Shown one piece after another: positions 37,000 to 50,672 of a stretch of DNA of 64,000 nt. A program made the translations under genes and the position numbers. The notes under the pieces were generated by a model. That model did not search any database and was not told the origin of the DNA. It saw only the letters and a list, made by a program, of their open reading frames with translations. This DNA comes from Chrysemys picta bellii (Eukaryota), in contig NC_088791.1 of the NCBI RefSeq assembly GCF_011386835.1, forward strand, positions 6,448,001-6,512,000, written 5' to 3'. The number at the start of each line of letters is the position of its first letter. Positions within the stretch are counted from its first letter, which is position 1.

Positions 37000-38420
37000 A
37001 GTGCACCTTCCACTTGGAGCAGAAAGTAGTGACATTTGTGGCAGTCTTTATTTCCTGGGGGAGTTCATGCCACAGTCTCAGACCACCCTCAAAGAAGGTT
37101 CTGTCTCCTGCACAGACTAGCTTTGCTGCTATTGTTGAGAGTTCATTGGGTCATAGGAGCGAAGATCTCCACCACAGTTTTCGATCCAGAGCTTTAAATG
37201 GTCCTTTAGATACTCCTGGGCCCAGCCCATGGAGTGCTTTGAAGATAAAGACTGAGGCCTTGAACATAATGTGACTATTCTATGGGAAGCCAGTGTGGGG
37301 AGTGGAAGATAGGTGTGATGAGCTCACCTATGCGTGAGTTGCTGAGGAGATGCATGCCAGCGTCCTGTACTGGTTGGAGTGTCCGACATGCTGACGTTTT
37401 TGTGCCCGGGTAAATCGCATTGCTGTCGTCCAGCGGAGAGGTGGCGAAGGCAGGAATAACTGAGGCCAGGTCTTCATCGTCCAGAACGGGATGGAGTCTC
37501 CCAGCCAAGTGGAGACAGCAGAAAGCATTACTTGTGGCCATTGCGATGGGAGAGCTCAGCATCAGCGAGGAATCCAAGAGTACTTTTAGACTAGGGACAG
37601 AACTGACCCATTGTGGATGGGAACCTTCCGTCGAAGGAGACTTCACCGTGGCTGCAAATTCCTCCAAATACTTCCCCTGTCCACCAGCATCACCTCTGTT
37701 GTGCTCAGATTCAGCTTCAGCCGACTGCTCTTCATCCAAGAGCTGCTCTCATCCAACCACTGGGCCGTCCTGGTGGCAGTGGTGTGGTCATATGCGTTGA
37801 AGGATAGATAGAGCTGTTTGTCATTTGTATATTGCTAGCACTTGAGTCCACGTCGTCTGACCTATTCTCCTGGTGGTTGCATGTAGATGTTGAAAAGGAC
37901 CAGAGAGAGAATTGATCCTTGTGAAACCCCACAAAAGAGGGGTCTAGTGGTGGAGGGGCAGTTTCCCATCGCTACTTTTTGTGTCCCCCTCTTCAGGAAG
38001 GACTCAAACCATTTTATTGCATTCTCCTGGATTCCTGCCACCTCTCAGGTGAGACAGCATTATCTAGTGGTCAGTGTTGCTGAACTCTGCAGTGAGGTCC
38101 AGGAGGATGAGAATGGGTGTCTGTCCTCTATCCATTGATGGGAGGAAATCGTCTATCAGTGCCACTAAAGCAGTTTCAGTTCTGTGCTCTGGGTTCCCTG
38201 GCTTATTCATGCTTCTGCAATTCTAAGAACGTCAGTGAGGGCGTGTCATTTCCTAGTGGAACAGGAGTCCCCATCACAAAAACCATTAAGATTTTAATAA
38301 TTGAGGATACGATTTTACTAGTTTGGGTTTGAACCTTTAAGTCTAGAGGTGAAATTCTCTGTATCTTATTTCCAGTACTCTGAGCCCTTGAGTACTCTTT
38401 GCCATGATATACTCGATCAA
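37000..38420 (-). mobile_element. L2-clade LINE ORF2 (RT core to C-terminus), degenerate
   Basis: Minus-strand ORF 37275-37739: SLKVLLDSSLMLSSPI...LHPVLDDEDLASVIPAFATSPLDDSNAIY...LQPVQDA...ITPIFHSPHWLPIE. Upstream are the frameshifted GVPQGS(I)L and degenerate YADD regions. Confidence 0.85.
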
Positions 38421-40981
38421 TAACCAGCCTTCCTACTGTGAGTGAAACACTGCTTCACTTTGTCCCCACACTGTAGGAGACATGGTTCTCAGGAGATCCA
38501 GGCTTGACTTCCCCCTCTCTTCCCCCCCCCCCCCCGCCTTTCCGCTGCCCCCCAGCCTGGTATGGCGTGGCACATTCAGGGGATGCTACTGCTCTTTGTT
38601 ATGAGAAAACCGGATAAACTGTGCCTTGGATGCTTGGACAGCTTAGTCCAATGTTGTGACTTTCCAAAAGGACACCATTTTTAAGTGAATCAAGACCCAC
38701 CTGCAAACTTCTGCAGAATAGGTGTAAAACTCTTGGGAGGAATCACAGGGGCTTAGAGTTGAGAGGAGAATAATCTTGGCACAAAGCATTCTGAAGAAGG
38801 ATGAAGTAAGTGAGCTGCAGTGTGTGTTTGGGACAAGATTAGAAAGGATGGAAACATGCTTATGCAATATGGAAAGATGAGATCTTGCCAGCGTCCTTAT
38901 TTGACCCTTGTGATTTTAGTGCCAGTTTTGGGGCTTTTTTTTTTCCAGAGTGATCATCATCAAGATCATCCTACTGACTTTCCCCACTGTGCTGCATGTG
39001 TTCCCTTTTAGCTTCTCCAATTACATTCATTGCTGGATGGCTGAGGTCAGTTTGTGACCTTTGAATCACCCATGCATAATGTAGACTTTATAAGTTTCGT
39101 ATTCAGAGTTTGTAAATTAACTGTCCCTTCCTGTTTTTGTTGGAAGAGCTAAAGGGCTGACAGTATTGTTTTCATTAAGTTGCCCAGTCATTCCATGTTT
39201 GAAATAAATAAATAAAAATAGCAGAAATAGAAGGGGAACCAGAAGTGGCCTGGAATATTTCCATTAAATGAGAAATTAAAAAGATTGAGACTCTTCTGGT
39301 TAGAAAGAAGGCTGACGGGGTGTGATAAAGGTATATAAAACAATATAAACGGTGCACAGAAGATAAATTGAGGGCTCCTATTTTACCCTTTCTCATAGCA
39401 TAAGAACAAAGGGACATCAATGACACACAAAGGCAAATTAAAAAGTGTTGAAAGGAAATATTTTACAGTTATTTGTATTACTGCAGTGCTTAGGAGCCCT
39501 TGTCACGGACCAGGATCCCATTGTGCTAGGCGCTGTACAAACAGACCAATAAAAGTCCCTGCTCCAAGGAGCTTACTCTGTGGAATTCAGTGCCAGAAAT
39601 CTGTGGTCTATTATGTATATAGTATATTTCAGTTATAGGTAATTGACCTATGGGATGCAGTGCCAGAAATCACTCAGGCTGGGAGTTTAGTAGGATTTAA
39701 AGGATTAGACCATATATATGTGGATAATGAGACCATCCACACATGCATGCAATAGGGGAAAAATAAGGAATAGAACCCTCTTACAGTTTGGGGCATTAAC
39801 CAACCACTAACTGTCTGGGGTTAGGAAGGAACATCCTTTATGGGCAGAATATGGGGATTCTGTTTTAGGTACTTTATATAGCCCCATCCTTGTAGTATTT
39901 CAGCACCCATAATCTTTGTAGTTATCCTTGTCCAACACCTCTGAGGTGGGGAAGTGCTATGTATCCCCCTTTTACAGATGGCGAACTGAGGCACAGAGAC
40001 TAAGTGACCTTGTGTGACCATGGACAAAAGTCTGTGGAAGAGCAGGGGATTGAATTTAGGTCTCCCAAGTCTGAGGCTAGCACCTTAACTCCCTGTTCGG
40101 TCCGTCCTCTCTTCTAGTACCTTTCTCTGAATCATTTTCTACTGTCCACTGGAGACAGGATGCCAGCCTGATCTGATCTGCGGTGGCAGTTTCTCTGTTC
40201 TGTTATAATATAGTACTGTTGCTGGATATTGTTGTACCTATGCATCTCTTAACTAAGTAAAATCATGGTTTGGTAGGAGACAAATAGTCTTGTGCTGTGA
40301 GTACAGGTGTCCAGAGTTCTCCTAGCTCTGAGACACTCTGTGTGCTTGGGCCATTCATTTCACCCCCTCTGTACCTTTTCCTTGTATGTAAAACGAGGAA
40401 TAATACCTGCCTATACGAGATGGCTGTTAGGATGAATTAATGTTTGTAAAGCACTTTATTGATGAAAAGCAGATGTTAGTGGGAGCAGTGCCAATTTACT
40501 CAAGCATGAAAACTATTGTAAACATCTGATAGCTCTGAAGTTCCAATTTCATTGCTTTTGTAATTTTTCTGATGCTACTTTAAAATGGAACCAATTTATT
40601 TGAGGCAGCTTAGATCCTCTGAAAATGAAATTTGCTATGTAATAAACTACTTTGCTCAACTGATTTAAGATTTATTGTGGGTTTCACGGGCTGTCTGATG
40701 ACTACAGCAGGATGGTGCCTGTACATTGACCACAGGAGGCTTACGGGTTTGGAAGTTAGTTCTCTGGTTACCAGAATATAGATTCTGGTGAGTAACTATA
40801 AATACTAGGAACATACTGTACTTTCCTTTTCATTTAGTGGGTATTCTTACTTGACTAATGTTTTTAATACGAATAAGTTGAAATGTCTTTCTGGTTTCTC
40901 TGCAGCAAATGTTAACTTTAGATGACCATAAATGAATCATTGGGCATCCTGAGCATATGAATTTCTTGCTATGAGCTATTG

Positions 40982-41075
40982 CAGTGTTTCTCAATGGCTG
41001 ATCCATGGACCGGCGTTGGTCTCTGAGGTCTCCCTGACACAGTTTAGGAAGGCAGCAAGCCCCTGAGAAACACTG
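40982..41075. mobile_element. hAT MITE (94 bp)
   Basis: Perfect 12-bp TIR cagtgtttctca / tgagaaacactg; TSD agctattg / aactattg. Confidence 0.88.
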
Positions 41076-41201
41076 AACTATTGCACAGTGTGGCACCTAG
41101 ATGGTGATATATTTCTCTTCTCTGTTTTCTCTCTCTTCTCTTCTGTCTAAAACACATGAAGTAGCTTGCTGCCAATGCATTGGTTCAGAAATGATCAGAT
41201 C

Positions 41202-41391
41202 GGGGGGAGGGATAGCTCAGTGGTTTGAGCATTGGCCTGCTAAACCCAGGGTTGTGAGTTCAGTCCTTGAGGGGGCCATTTAGGGATCTGGGGCAAAATC
41301 AGTATTTGGTCCTGCTAGTGAAGGCAGGGGGCTGGATTCGATGACCTTTCAGGGTCCCTTCCAGTTCTATGAGATAGGTATATCTCCATAT
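41202..41391 (+). mobile_element. Tortoise PolIII/SINE with 5-bp TSD
   Basis: AGATC|ggggggagggatagctcagtggtttgagcattggcctgctaaacccagggttgtgagttcagtcc...gtcccttccagttctatgagataggtatatctccatat|AGATC. Confidence 0.9.
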
Positions 41392-43869
41392 AGATCTGGT
41401 TTATGTCCTATTGCATGAACAAATATAACAAGGCTGTATGGTTTAAGAACTTGCATGGGGAAGACTTGTGGTGCTAATCTTAGCTGTGTCACTATGTGAT
41501 ATTATACAAATCGTATGACCTCATGCTTCAGATAATATAAATGCAAAACTGAGCACAAAGCAGAAATCTCCTTTCAAACCAGGTGCTACATCTGAGCTGA
41601 GCTTCCTGGGAAAAACAGATTCCAGACCAATACATTTTACTTATTCCAGTAGTCTATGGGAGCAGATGGAGCGATGATAGTACTGGCAGAAGGCATTCAT
41701 GGGCATTTGCTCTTTCAGTCTCCAGTCTTTCTAGAGAACCCCTCCCTGCTCACCTTAGTGTGGGTTTATTATATTCTAAAGCCGTTTACTACCCCATGGC
41801 ACAAAATACATTAAAGGCCACTTCTCAGCAAGGGCACTTTGTTTTAGGCAAAGTCACTTTGGCATTAAGAGCCGAAAATGTTACAGTGAATGCCTGTTTT
41901 GAAATACCACAATTAAAACTCCATATTTGACAACCACCACTGCCCCCTCCTTCCCCTTTAAAAAAAAAAATTAAAAAAAAATCCCAGATGCATTCTACTT
42001 TAGTTAATTTTGACCTAGTGTTCTAGATGTGAAAGACTTCATATTGCATTCCCAGCCCCTTGAGTCATCCGGTCTCCCTATGTCTTTAATCAGTTTTAAA
42101 AGATATTCAAGCAGAGAAAAATCAATGTTCTAAGTGGAACACATTTCAGATATGTGAGACGGAGAAAGCAAGAGCAGAAAAGCATTAAAACGGTTACTTT
42201 TAAAACAGTTATCCTGTAATGCAGAGTGAAAATTGCATTAGTCATAGTAAAGATCTTGGTTACCTGTTTTTCCTTCAAGCTCTTATCACTCAGACATCCT
42301 TTATTTGTTTTCCTCTTGAGAAATGCATTGAAATTGTCTAATATCCACCTCTGCAAGAGAATTCCAAATGCCGAAGTTGTATCTAATAGAGCTACTCTTA
42401 TCCTCTTAAATCAGACAACACCAAGTTCACTAATTTAAATTTATAAAATGTAAACTTACTTAGTCTCTGCCCTGAAAAACCTTACAACCTATCTTTTTAT
42501 TTTTTGTACTGTACCTGCTACAAATGTGGTCTATTCGGAGGGCCAAATGGGAACAATGCTTTTAAGCAGCACTGTCTGGGTTTGGTTTTTTTCCCCATGC
42601 AATCTGTGTATTTTACCCTACTTAACTTTTAACTTAGAAAATGAGCTACCTGAGCTGGCCTGTGCCAAGCACAGATGGGATCAGCGGGTGTTTCATGGAC
42701 CAGTTGCATCAATTTAGCTTTTGATGATTTATACTCATTTTGTTGTGTCTGAACTGCACCTTAACTGAAGAATCTGTCCACTCATGTTTTGCTTACACAC
42801 AGCTCTTTGCTGGTTTTAATCTGCAGAAATGTAGAAGCTGTTAAGGGCATGGAGGGACTTGAAATAATTATAACCCCTGCTTGAAGGGAGGGGTTACAGT
42901 TTAGGAGATTTGTTCAGTAACTGATTTAATGTTAGTGTTTGTTTCCCCTTTTTCTCTCAATTCTCTGCATCTTTCCCTTTGTCCTTCATCCCTTATCTCC
43001 CCCTAAGCTTTTTGGGGCAGGGAGACTCGTGTTGGTACAGTTCTCAGCACAAAGGGGCCCCAATCTGATTGGGGCTACCTACACTACTATAACACAAGGA
43101 ATTTCTACTGTCTTTCCTTGACTGATATCCTCTTAAAGCTAGCAGAGGGGAGCTGAACTGTTCTTTCCCTTGAAGGTACATCCAGTACAATGAACTTGCA
43201 CTTCACCCAGAGCTGACAGTTGAAATTTTGTTAGCCTGGGACACCCTGTCAGCCTTCTGCTTCACTGTGTCCCAGGGCTGTCCGGGTACCATGCTTTTTT
43301 CCGCTCTGGGTCTGGCCTGCTAGATCCTTGCCTCCAGGCTAACCCTACTGATTAAAGCAAATGTCAGTATTTTCATGGTGCCTCTTCTCTAGAAACGTCT
43401 GGGCCTGAGTTTGTAGACAAGCTATGCAGCTTGTTAGCTGTGAAAGGGAAATTTCAACTTTTAGTGCTCCAGCTTTACCACAAGTGACTGCTGATACGCC
43501 CTTGAACTTTGTGCCAAATTGCATCTGGTGGTTTTGTGGTGTGAACTTTGTTATAAGGAGAAAACTGAAATGACTAAACTCGCTTAAGATGACAGCAACA
43601 TCTAAACTCTAAAGGACTGTGTCTGTTTTCTCATCACCTGACATATAGCTATCCAAAAGTTTTAGAACTCCTTAGTCATCTGTAATTACTTCTTTGCCTC
43701 AGGCCTACTGAGTAGGGGCATCTGAAGTTCATTCTTAATGTTAGGAGGTGTTTTTTGCTCTGGGTTCCTGTCAAGCTTATGCCAAATATCAATGGAATTT
43801 AATGCAGCATTTGACATCCTTGCAGGCAGAAATCTGTCCTCAGAACAGGGTGGGAGCAGCAGTACAAGC

Positions 43870-44170
43870 TTCCCTCACACTATCTCAACCTCAGCATGGT
43901 GAACCTAGTGGGACAGAGGAGTTCATTTCCAGGCCCAGTTAGTCTTCAGCCTCTCCAAGGCTACCAACAAGTGTGCCAATTAATGGTACTTGAGGTCTTA
44001 CGACGTGAATGCGTCACTGAGACCTGGACCAAAGTCTTTTGACATGTCTACTGTTTAGTCATCAAATGGTAGCCACTTTCACTTGCTACGAACCTGAGCT
44101 GGAGTGGAACTGGCAGACAAAACTTTAAAGAGTCCATATTAGCAGGCCACTGAACAATCAAATTCTTCCC
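43870..44170 (-). mobile_element. LF-SINE-like element
   Basis: Blocks ctaccaacaagtgtgccaatta and catcaaatggtagccactttc...ctacgaacctgagctgga match the reverse LF-SINE consensus as recalled and align with 20600-20963 and 59960-60197. Confidence 0.62.
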
Positions 44171-45745
44171 CTACTTCCAAAGTTCTTTACCTACCTAGAT
44201 TATCCTCCAACCTTTGATCATTAATAATTGTTTCCTTGTAGGTAAGGTCTGAAAGTATAAAATGGCTCTTACAGTAGCTACTGTTCTGCAGCCTCATGGA
44301 AGAGCAGCCATCTGGGATTCTTCCATCTCTGGGTAATCTGTGTGCAGGTACAAATGTAGCTTGATGTAAATAAATGTTTAATTAGAAGAGAACTCTGCAC
44401 TAGAATCAGGTGGGATTCTACTGGGGCGGGGGTTAGGAGGGGAAGAAATCTCATTTTCTGCCACTTGTAGCAATATTTTGTATTCCCACTAAAACAGTTG
44501 TCATGGTTGCCAGAACATATTGCCCAATAGAATCTTTTCAGATGCACAAAATGCTGCCAGACAGTAGTGACATCATCTATGAGGCATCCATCTTTGTGTG
44601 CAGCCCTGCCTTCAGGGTAACTAAAATTGTATTAAAGAAACTGGGAAGGGTAAAGGGAATATTTCATTTGGAGTTGGGGCAGCACTGAATCTCCAGGATA
44701 CTAGGGAGCACTTGGCTTGCTACATTTTACTTGCTCTAGCTGACTTAGCTTGAGATCACAGAAACCACACTTCATTTCTCTTCTCCCCTCCTGTTCCTTT
44801 CCTTTTATTTTGGAACTCATAAAAGTCTGAGCAAGACAAATTACAATGCAAGGCAGAGATGCTTGGAAAGAGAATCAGGTTGTGACTTGCCAAGGAAATC
44901 AGCCTTTGCCAGTGTCCTGAAATGACCAGGTTCCTCTGGCAAAGACGCATCTGAAAGGATGCCTATTTCCAAAACTATTGCAGGGTTAGATGCATTTGGG
45001 CTGTGGAATTAGAGATAAAGTGTACACTCCTGGGATAGCTGTGTAGGAGGATTTCACAAGCTTTGGCATGTAGAATTCTTTCCCTAAACTGAGGGAAAGT
45101 ACTTGGGCCTCCCCTAATGGAAATATTTTATTTAAGGAACAATTTGGTGTTTGGGTGGGAGGCATGTGCCTTTAGGGTGTATTTCGTAGTATTGTGAACC
45201 AGGAGTACGCTGCATGATTTTCTTTCTTCATGGGTTGTTTCCACTTTGTACTCTCAGAACCATTTTGGGGGTTATGTTGGTACACAATAGTGAATAGTCA
45301 ATTTTGGGTTTGGTGAGGCCTGAGCACAAAGAGAATTTATCTGGGTTTAATTGAGTTTCGCTAGCAGTAGTGTGAGCCTCCTCATGGAGGCAGGAAACAC
45401 TGGCTTCGATCAGGAATACGCAAACCACAGCTCTTATGGACTTCAACCCCAAGAGACATGGGAAAAAAAGCCAGCTAAAGTTCTATCACTAATTATTTAA
45501 GCAGGAGGTATGAAGATCTATGATACAATGTTTATCTACCAATATTAGAACTATGAAATTCAGAACAGATTAACAGGAAATATAAAGTGTAAAATTAGAG
45601 CAAAATCAAGTACTACATATTTCAATCCTTTCAGTTGTAGAGGTTTCCTTTTCTGCTTGGCACTTTGTCTCATCTGATGACTTGGGCAAGATGATGCCCT
45701 TTGCATTCTTTTAAAATCAGTTTTATTAGTCGGGAACTGAGAGAC

Positions 45746-45810
45746 TTCAGGGGGTTGGACTAGATGACCTCTTGAGGTCCCTTCCAACCCTGATATTCTA
45801 TGATTCTATG
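45746..45810 (+). mobile_element. CR1 extreme 3' tip
   Basis: gggttggactagatgacctcttgaggtcccttccaaccctgatattctatgattctatga, with an (ATTCTATG)2 tail. Confidence 0.88.
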
Positions 45811-46239
45811 AAAAATTGTGTGAAGATGCCAGCCTCTCATGTAGGCAGTTATATTGGTGCTATATAGACGTATACCATTCCACCTCATTACTTTCAGCAG
45901 GATGGATTAAGGAATTAAAAAGGAAAATCTGCCTCCCTCTGCAGGTGTGGTAACTTCAGTCTTTGGCCTTCTCTCTGCAGATGTAGGCATCAGAGGAGTA
46001 TTTTGAAGAGATTTATGGTTTCATTACAGCAGTGTCTGCAGCTTTGATCTTGTCTGTGATGGTGTCAGCATTTCCACTATAAACCCCCTAGCTTCAGGAG
46101 TTTGTTTATGACTGAGTTACAGTCTCCCTAGACTGAAGGTTTGTGTTTTTTGTTTTTTTAAAAAGGAGGAATTGAGATTTTCTTTCCACTAAAAGCCCAC
46201 TTAGAGAGGTCACTCTAGCTATAGGGAAGCTAGGCAGCC

Positions 46240-48700
46240 ACCTAGTGGAACAGATTTCTGGGCAAAACAAAATTTCCAATAAGTTCTTAAGTGTATTGGG
46301 GAGAACATTTTGTTTCAGAAAGTGGAGGAAGTAGGGGGAGCAACCGTTTTAGACGTGATTCTGACCAACAGGGAGGAATTGGGAGCAGATCTGAAGATGG
46401 AAGGCAGTTTGGGTGAAAGTGATCATGAAGTGATATCATAGTTCTAAGGAAAGGAAGGAGAGAGAGCAGCAGAATAAGGCCAATGTACTTCTAAAATAGC
46501 AGACTTTAACAAATTCAGAAAACTGGTTGTTAAGGTCCCATGGGAAGAAAATGATAAAAGGAATAGAGGAGAGCGGGTAGTTTCTCAGAGATGATATTAC
46601 AGGCACAAATGCAAACTCTCCCAATGCAAGAAAAGAATAGTAAGAGGCCAATATGGCTCCATTAGGAGCTCTTTAACGACCTGAAAATCAAAAAGGAATC
46701 CTACAAAAAGTGGAAACATGGACAAATTGCTAAGGAGGCATACAAAAGAATAGCACAAACATGTAGAGACAAAATCAGAGAGGCTAAGGCACAAAATGAG
46801 TTACACCTAGCAAGGGGCGTAAAATGCAGTAAGTAGTAGTAGTGTAAGTATACTAGGAGCAAGACAAAGGAAAGCTTAGGTCCTCTACTTAACATGGAAG
46901 GAGGGCTGATGACATCAAGAAGGCTGAAGTGTTTAATGCCTATTTTGCTTTAGTCTTCACTAAAAAGGATAATGGCGAGCAGTTACTCCTCACAATTAAT
47001 ATTAACAATAAGAGGGAAGAAATGCAAGCCAAAATAAGGAAAGAACAAGTTAAAGAATATTTAAATTAGTCAGAGGTATTCAAATCAGCAAGGCCTGATG
47101 AAATTCATTCTGGGATACTTAAAGAAACTAGCTGAAACAATCTTGGAACTGTTAGAAATTCTCTTTAAGAACTTATGGCGGACAGGAGAAGTCCCAGAGG
47201 ACTGGAGAAGGGCAAACATAGTACCTATCTTTAAAAAGGGGGAACAAAGAGGACTCAAGGAATTATAGATCCATCAGCCTAACTTCGATGCCTGGGAAGG
47301 TGCTGGAACCAATCAGTTTGTAAGAACCTAGAGCAGTGTTTCTTAACCTTTTTGATACCAGGGACTGGCTTGCTGCCTTCCTAAACTGTGCCAAGGAGAG
47401 CTCAGGGAACAACACCGGTCCATTGACTGGTTATTGAGAAACCGTGACCTAGAGGATAATAGGGTTATAAGGAATAGCCAGCATGGATTTGTCATGAACA
47501 GATGATGTCAAACTAATTTAATTTCCTTCTTTGACAGATTTACAGTCCTAGTGGATGTGGGAGGAAGCAGTAGGTGTGGTGTATCTTGATTTTAGTAAGG
47601 CTTTTGACATAGTCCCATATGATACACTCATAAGTAAACTAGGAAAATGTGTTCTAGATGAAGTTACTATAAGGTGGGTGCACAGTTGGTTGAAAAACCA
47701 TACTCAGAGTATTTGTCAGTTCACTTTTAAACTGGGAGGGATATCATGTGGGGTCTCTCAGAGGTCAGTCTTGGTCTGGTACTAGTCAGTATTTTCATTA
47801 ATGACTTGGTTCATGGAGTGGAGAGTATGCTTATAAAATTTTCAGATGACATCAAGCCAGGAGGGGTTGCAAGCACTTTAGAGGATACAATTACAATTCA
47901 AAATGACTTTGATAAATTGGAGAATTAGTATGAAATCAACAAGTTAAAACTCAGTAACGAAAAGTGCAAAGTACTTCACTCGGGAAGGAAAAATCAAATA
48001 CGCTACTACAAAATCAGGAATAACTGGCTCGGTGGTAATGCTGTTGAAAGAGATCTGGGGGTTATAGTGGATCACACATTGAATGTGAGTCAACAACGTG
48101 ATGCAGTTGCAAAAAAGACTAATATAATTCTGTGGTGTATTACCAGGAGAGTCGCATGTAAGGCATGGAAAGTAATTGTCATGCTCTACTAGGCACTGGT
48201 GAGGCCTCAGCTAGTGTACTGTGTCCAATTTTGGGTGCCACACTTTAGGAAAGATGTGGACAAATTGGAGAGAGTCCAGAGGAAAGCAACAAAAGTTTAG
48301 AAAACCTGACCTATGAGGAAAGGTTAACAAAACGGGGCATGTTTAGTTTTGAGAAAAGGAGACTGAAGGGGGACTTGATAAGTCTTCCAGTATGTTAAGG
48401 GCTGTTATAAAGAAGGAAGTGATCAGTTCTCCATGTCTGCTAAAGTTAGGATAAGAAGTAGTGGGCTTAATTTGCAGCAAAGGAGATTTAGGTTAGATAT
48501 TAGGGAAAACTCTCTTGCCATAAGGATAGTGAAGTGCTGAAATAGGCTTCTAAGGAGGTTGTGCTTCCTCATTACTGGAGGTTTTTAAGAAAAGGTTGGA
48601 CGAACACCTGTAAAGGATGGTCTAGGTTTACTTGGTCTAGCCTTAGCACAGGAGGTTGGTCTTTGCAAAGTCCCTTCCAGCCTTACATTTGTATGGTTCT
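46240..48700 (+). mobile_element. ~2.5 kb degenerate CR1 ORF2 (end of endonuclease, RT, 3' UTR)
   Basis: [58 protein letters not shown]; many stops and frameshifts; tail catttgtatggttctgtga. Confidence 0.92.
47334..47446. mobile_element. hAT MITE nested in CR1, perfect TSD; same family as 40982-41075, opposite orientation
   Basis: ACCTAGAG|cagtgtttcttaa...ttgagaaaccgtg|ACCTAGAG; ttgctgccttcctaaactgtg is the reverse complement of cacagtttaggaaggcagcaa at ~41038. Confidence 0.9.
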
Positions 48701-49029
48701 GTGAAATCTGAGCAGCTTCCTAGGGTGGAAGAGTCATATGTCTGTGTCCAACATCATGACAGAGGTGTGGCCAGGACAAATTTGAGTCGTGTGTGGTGGG
48801 GGGTGGCACACCGAAGTGTTTCTTTAGGGAGGCAGATTGTATTGAGCGACCTTGAACCATTTGAGTACACATTTGCTATTCTTCACAACTCAATGGGTGC
48901 ACTTCTTACAGACTGAATTATAAAGGCCTGTAGCTAGAGCCTTACTTACCTAGGCAGTTTACAGAAAACTTTTTACTATGGTAGATTGTTATAGTCAAAA
49001 ATCCATTCTTTTAAAAGGGCCTAAGTACA

Positions 49030-49797
49030 GGGCTACAAAATAGACTGACTGCTTGGACTCATGGGCTAAGTATGTATATATTTTCAGAGCCAAATTCTCC
49101 ATTGAGATACGACCCTGCCCTGGAGCCAGAGAGACCTGCCGGATACTTCCTGGGAGCTGTCCCAGGTAAGCACCGCCGGGGCCCCCTGGCAGGTCCCTCT
49201 GGCTCTTAGGGTCGGGGCAGGGGGCTCTCTGCGTGCTGCCGGCGCCTGCCAGCCCTGCTCTGTGGCTCCGGCAGCTCCCATTGGCGCTTTTCCCAGCCAA
49301 TGAGTGCCACGGAGCTTGCGCAACCCAATACCTCATGGGCCTTACCAGGCCTGCAGCCTGGGGCTTTCCTAGGCTGGAGCTCCATGGCTCCCTAGGCCTT
49401 TCCCCAGCCCTGCTCCACTCTAGGTTCCCTTCTTGGCACCTTGCAGCCAAGCCCTTCTTCCTCTACAGGCAGAGGGAGACTGCCTGGGCCTCTGACTCAC
49501 AGCCTTTTATAGGGGCCACCTGGGCCTGATATCCCCCAATCAGCCCAGGCTTCTTGCCCCAGCCACAGCCCTCTCCTAGGCTGTATCTAGCCCCGGAGGG
49601 GCAGGGGCAGATAACCACTCTGCTACAGGAGGTTTTTTTTAATATTTTCAGATATGGACTTGGGGCTCCAGTCCCCCTCAGAGTGCAGGGCTCCCTCCCG
49701 GCTCAGACATATGCGCTTAATGTGTTTTTAAAAATTAATACGTTAATTTTGTTTTCAGTTAATCGCAGGTGTTAATGGCGATTAATTGACAACCCTG
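49030..49797. mobile_element. Composite GC-rich repeat: hAT-like segments around a reverse-oriented LTR-like piece (~49335-49628)
   Basis: ctcccattggc...ccaatgag hAT-type internal motifs; ttttata and terminal ctgctaca (reverse TATA and TGTAGCAG); ends ttaattgacaaccctg (hAT-type TIR). Confidence 0.45.
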
Positions 49798-50672
49798 GTG
49801 TTTCGACTTTTATAATTTTTCTGTACAAGTTCATTTGAGAGTATAGTGATTGGTTTAATCCACATAGTTCTTGGGGCATTTAGTGCGTTTGATAAGGAAT
49901 ATCGCCTGTTGTGATAGGCATGTGTAAGATCCAGGGATCTTGAAAGGTCTGTTGCATGGGGGGGTATATGTCTGCAGGTTTTGATTGTACGTGAGACTGA
50001 GATAGTAAAGTGTAATGAAAAGCTAGTACCATCCCATTAAACAAGAATGCCATCTGTCTTGCTGACATCTGGCAGGCTGCCAGGAAAAATCAAATAATTT
50101 AGTTACTGTCAATTGCTGCTGTCCCTTGGAATGAAGAACTTGTATCTTCATATTCATTTCCTGTCGTGACCTTCTTCAGTCACCTTGACTCCAAAATTAA
50201 TTGGAACGCTGAAAATAAAACTGAAATTGCCATTTGCAAACAGCTCTGCAGCCCAGGGCCAGGCTTCAGGCTTCCCTCTCCCTGTGAGGAGGACATGAGC
50301 TGCCAAATCTTGCTTGTTCACCCATTCCTTGGATCCAAGGACTCTGGTTTTAACTGGGTTTAATCCAGATTTTTGGCAATTAAAATCTGATTTCACATTT
50401 CATAGCAGTGATCTTTTTAGATGTGTGTCTCTGGGGAAGAGTGGGGTGACTGCAGTGCACGTTACTTAATAAATCCTCAGGAGGCGCTAACAGCCTCGGA
50501 TACAAATCCATAGAATTCAAAAGCCAGGGTGTAAATTAATATAAAACATAATGGGCACTTGAAGGGTTTTTCATCCCATGATCTCAAAATGTATTTATAC
50601 GACTCATGCTGGAGTGGTGACTTGTTTACAATCACATGGATTCTCGCTGGTAGAAGTGAGGATTTGAACCCT

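Noticed and set aside
39830-40470. Divergent pair of MIR-like elements as a dsRNA hairpin
   Set aside because: Identity between the two cores looks too low for a stable duplex.
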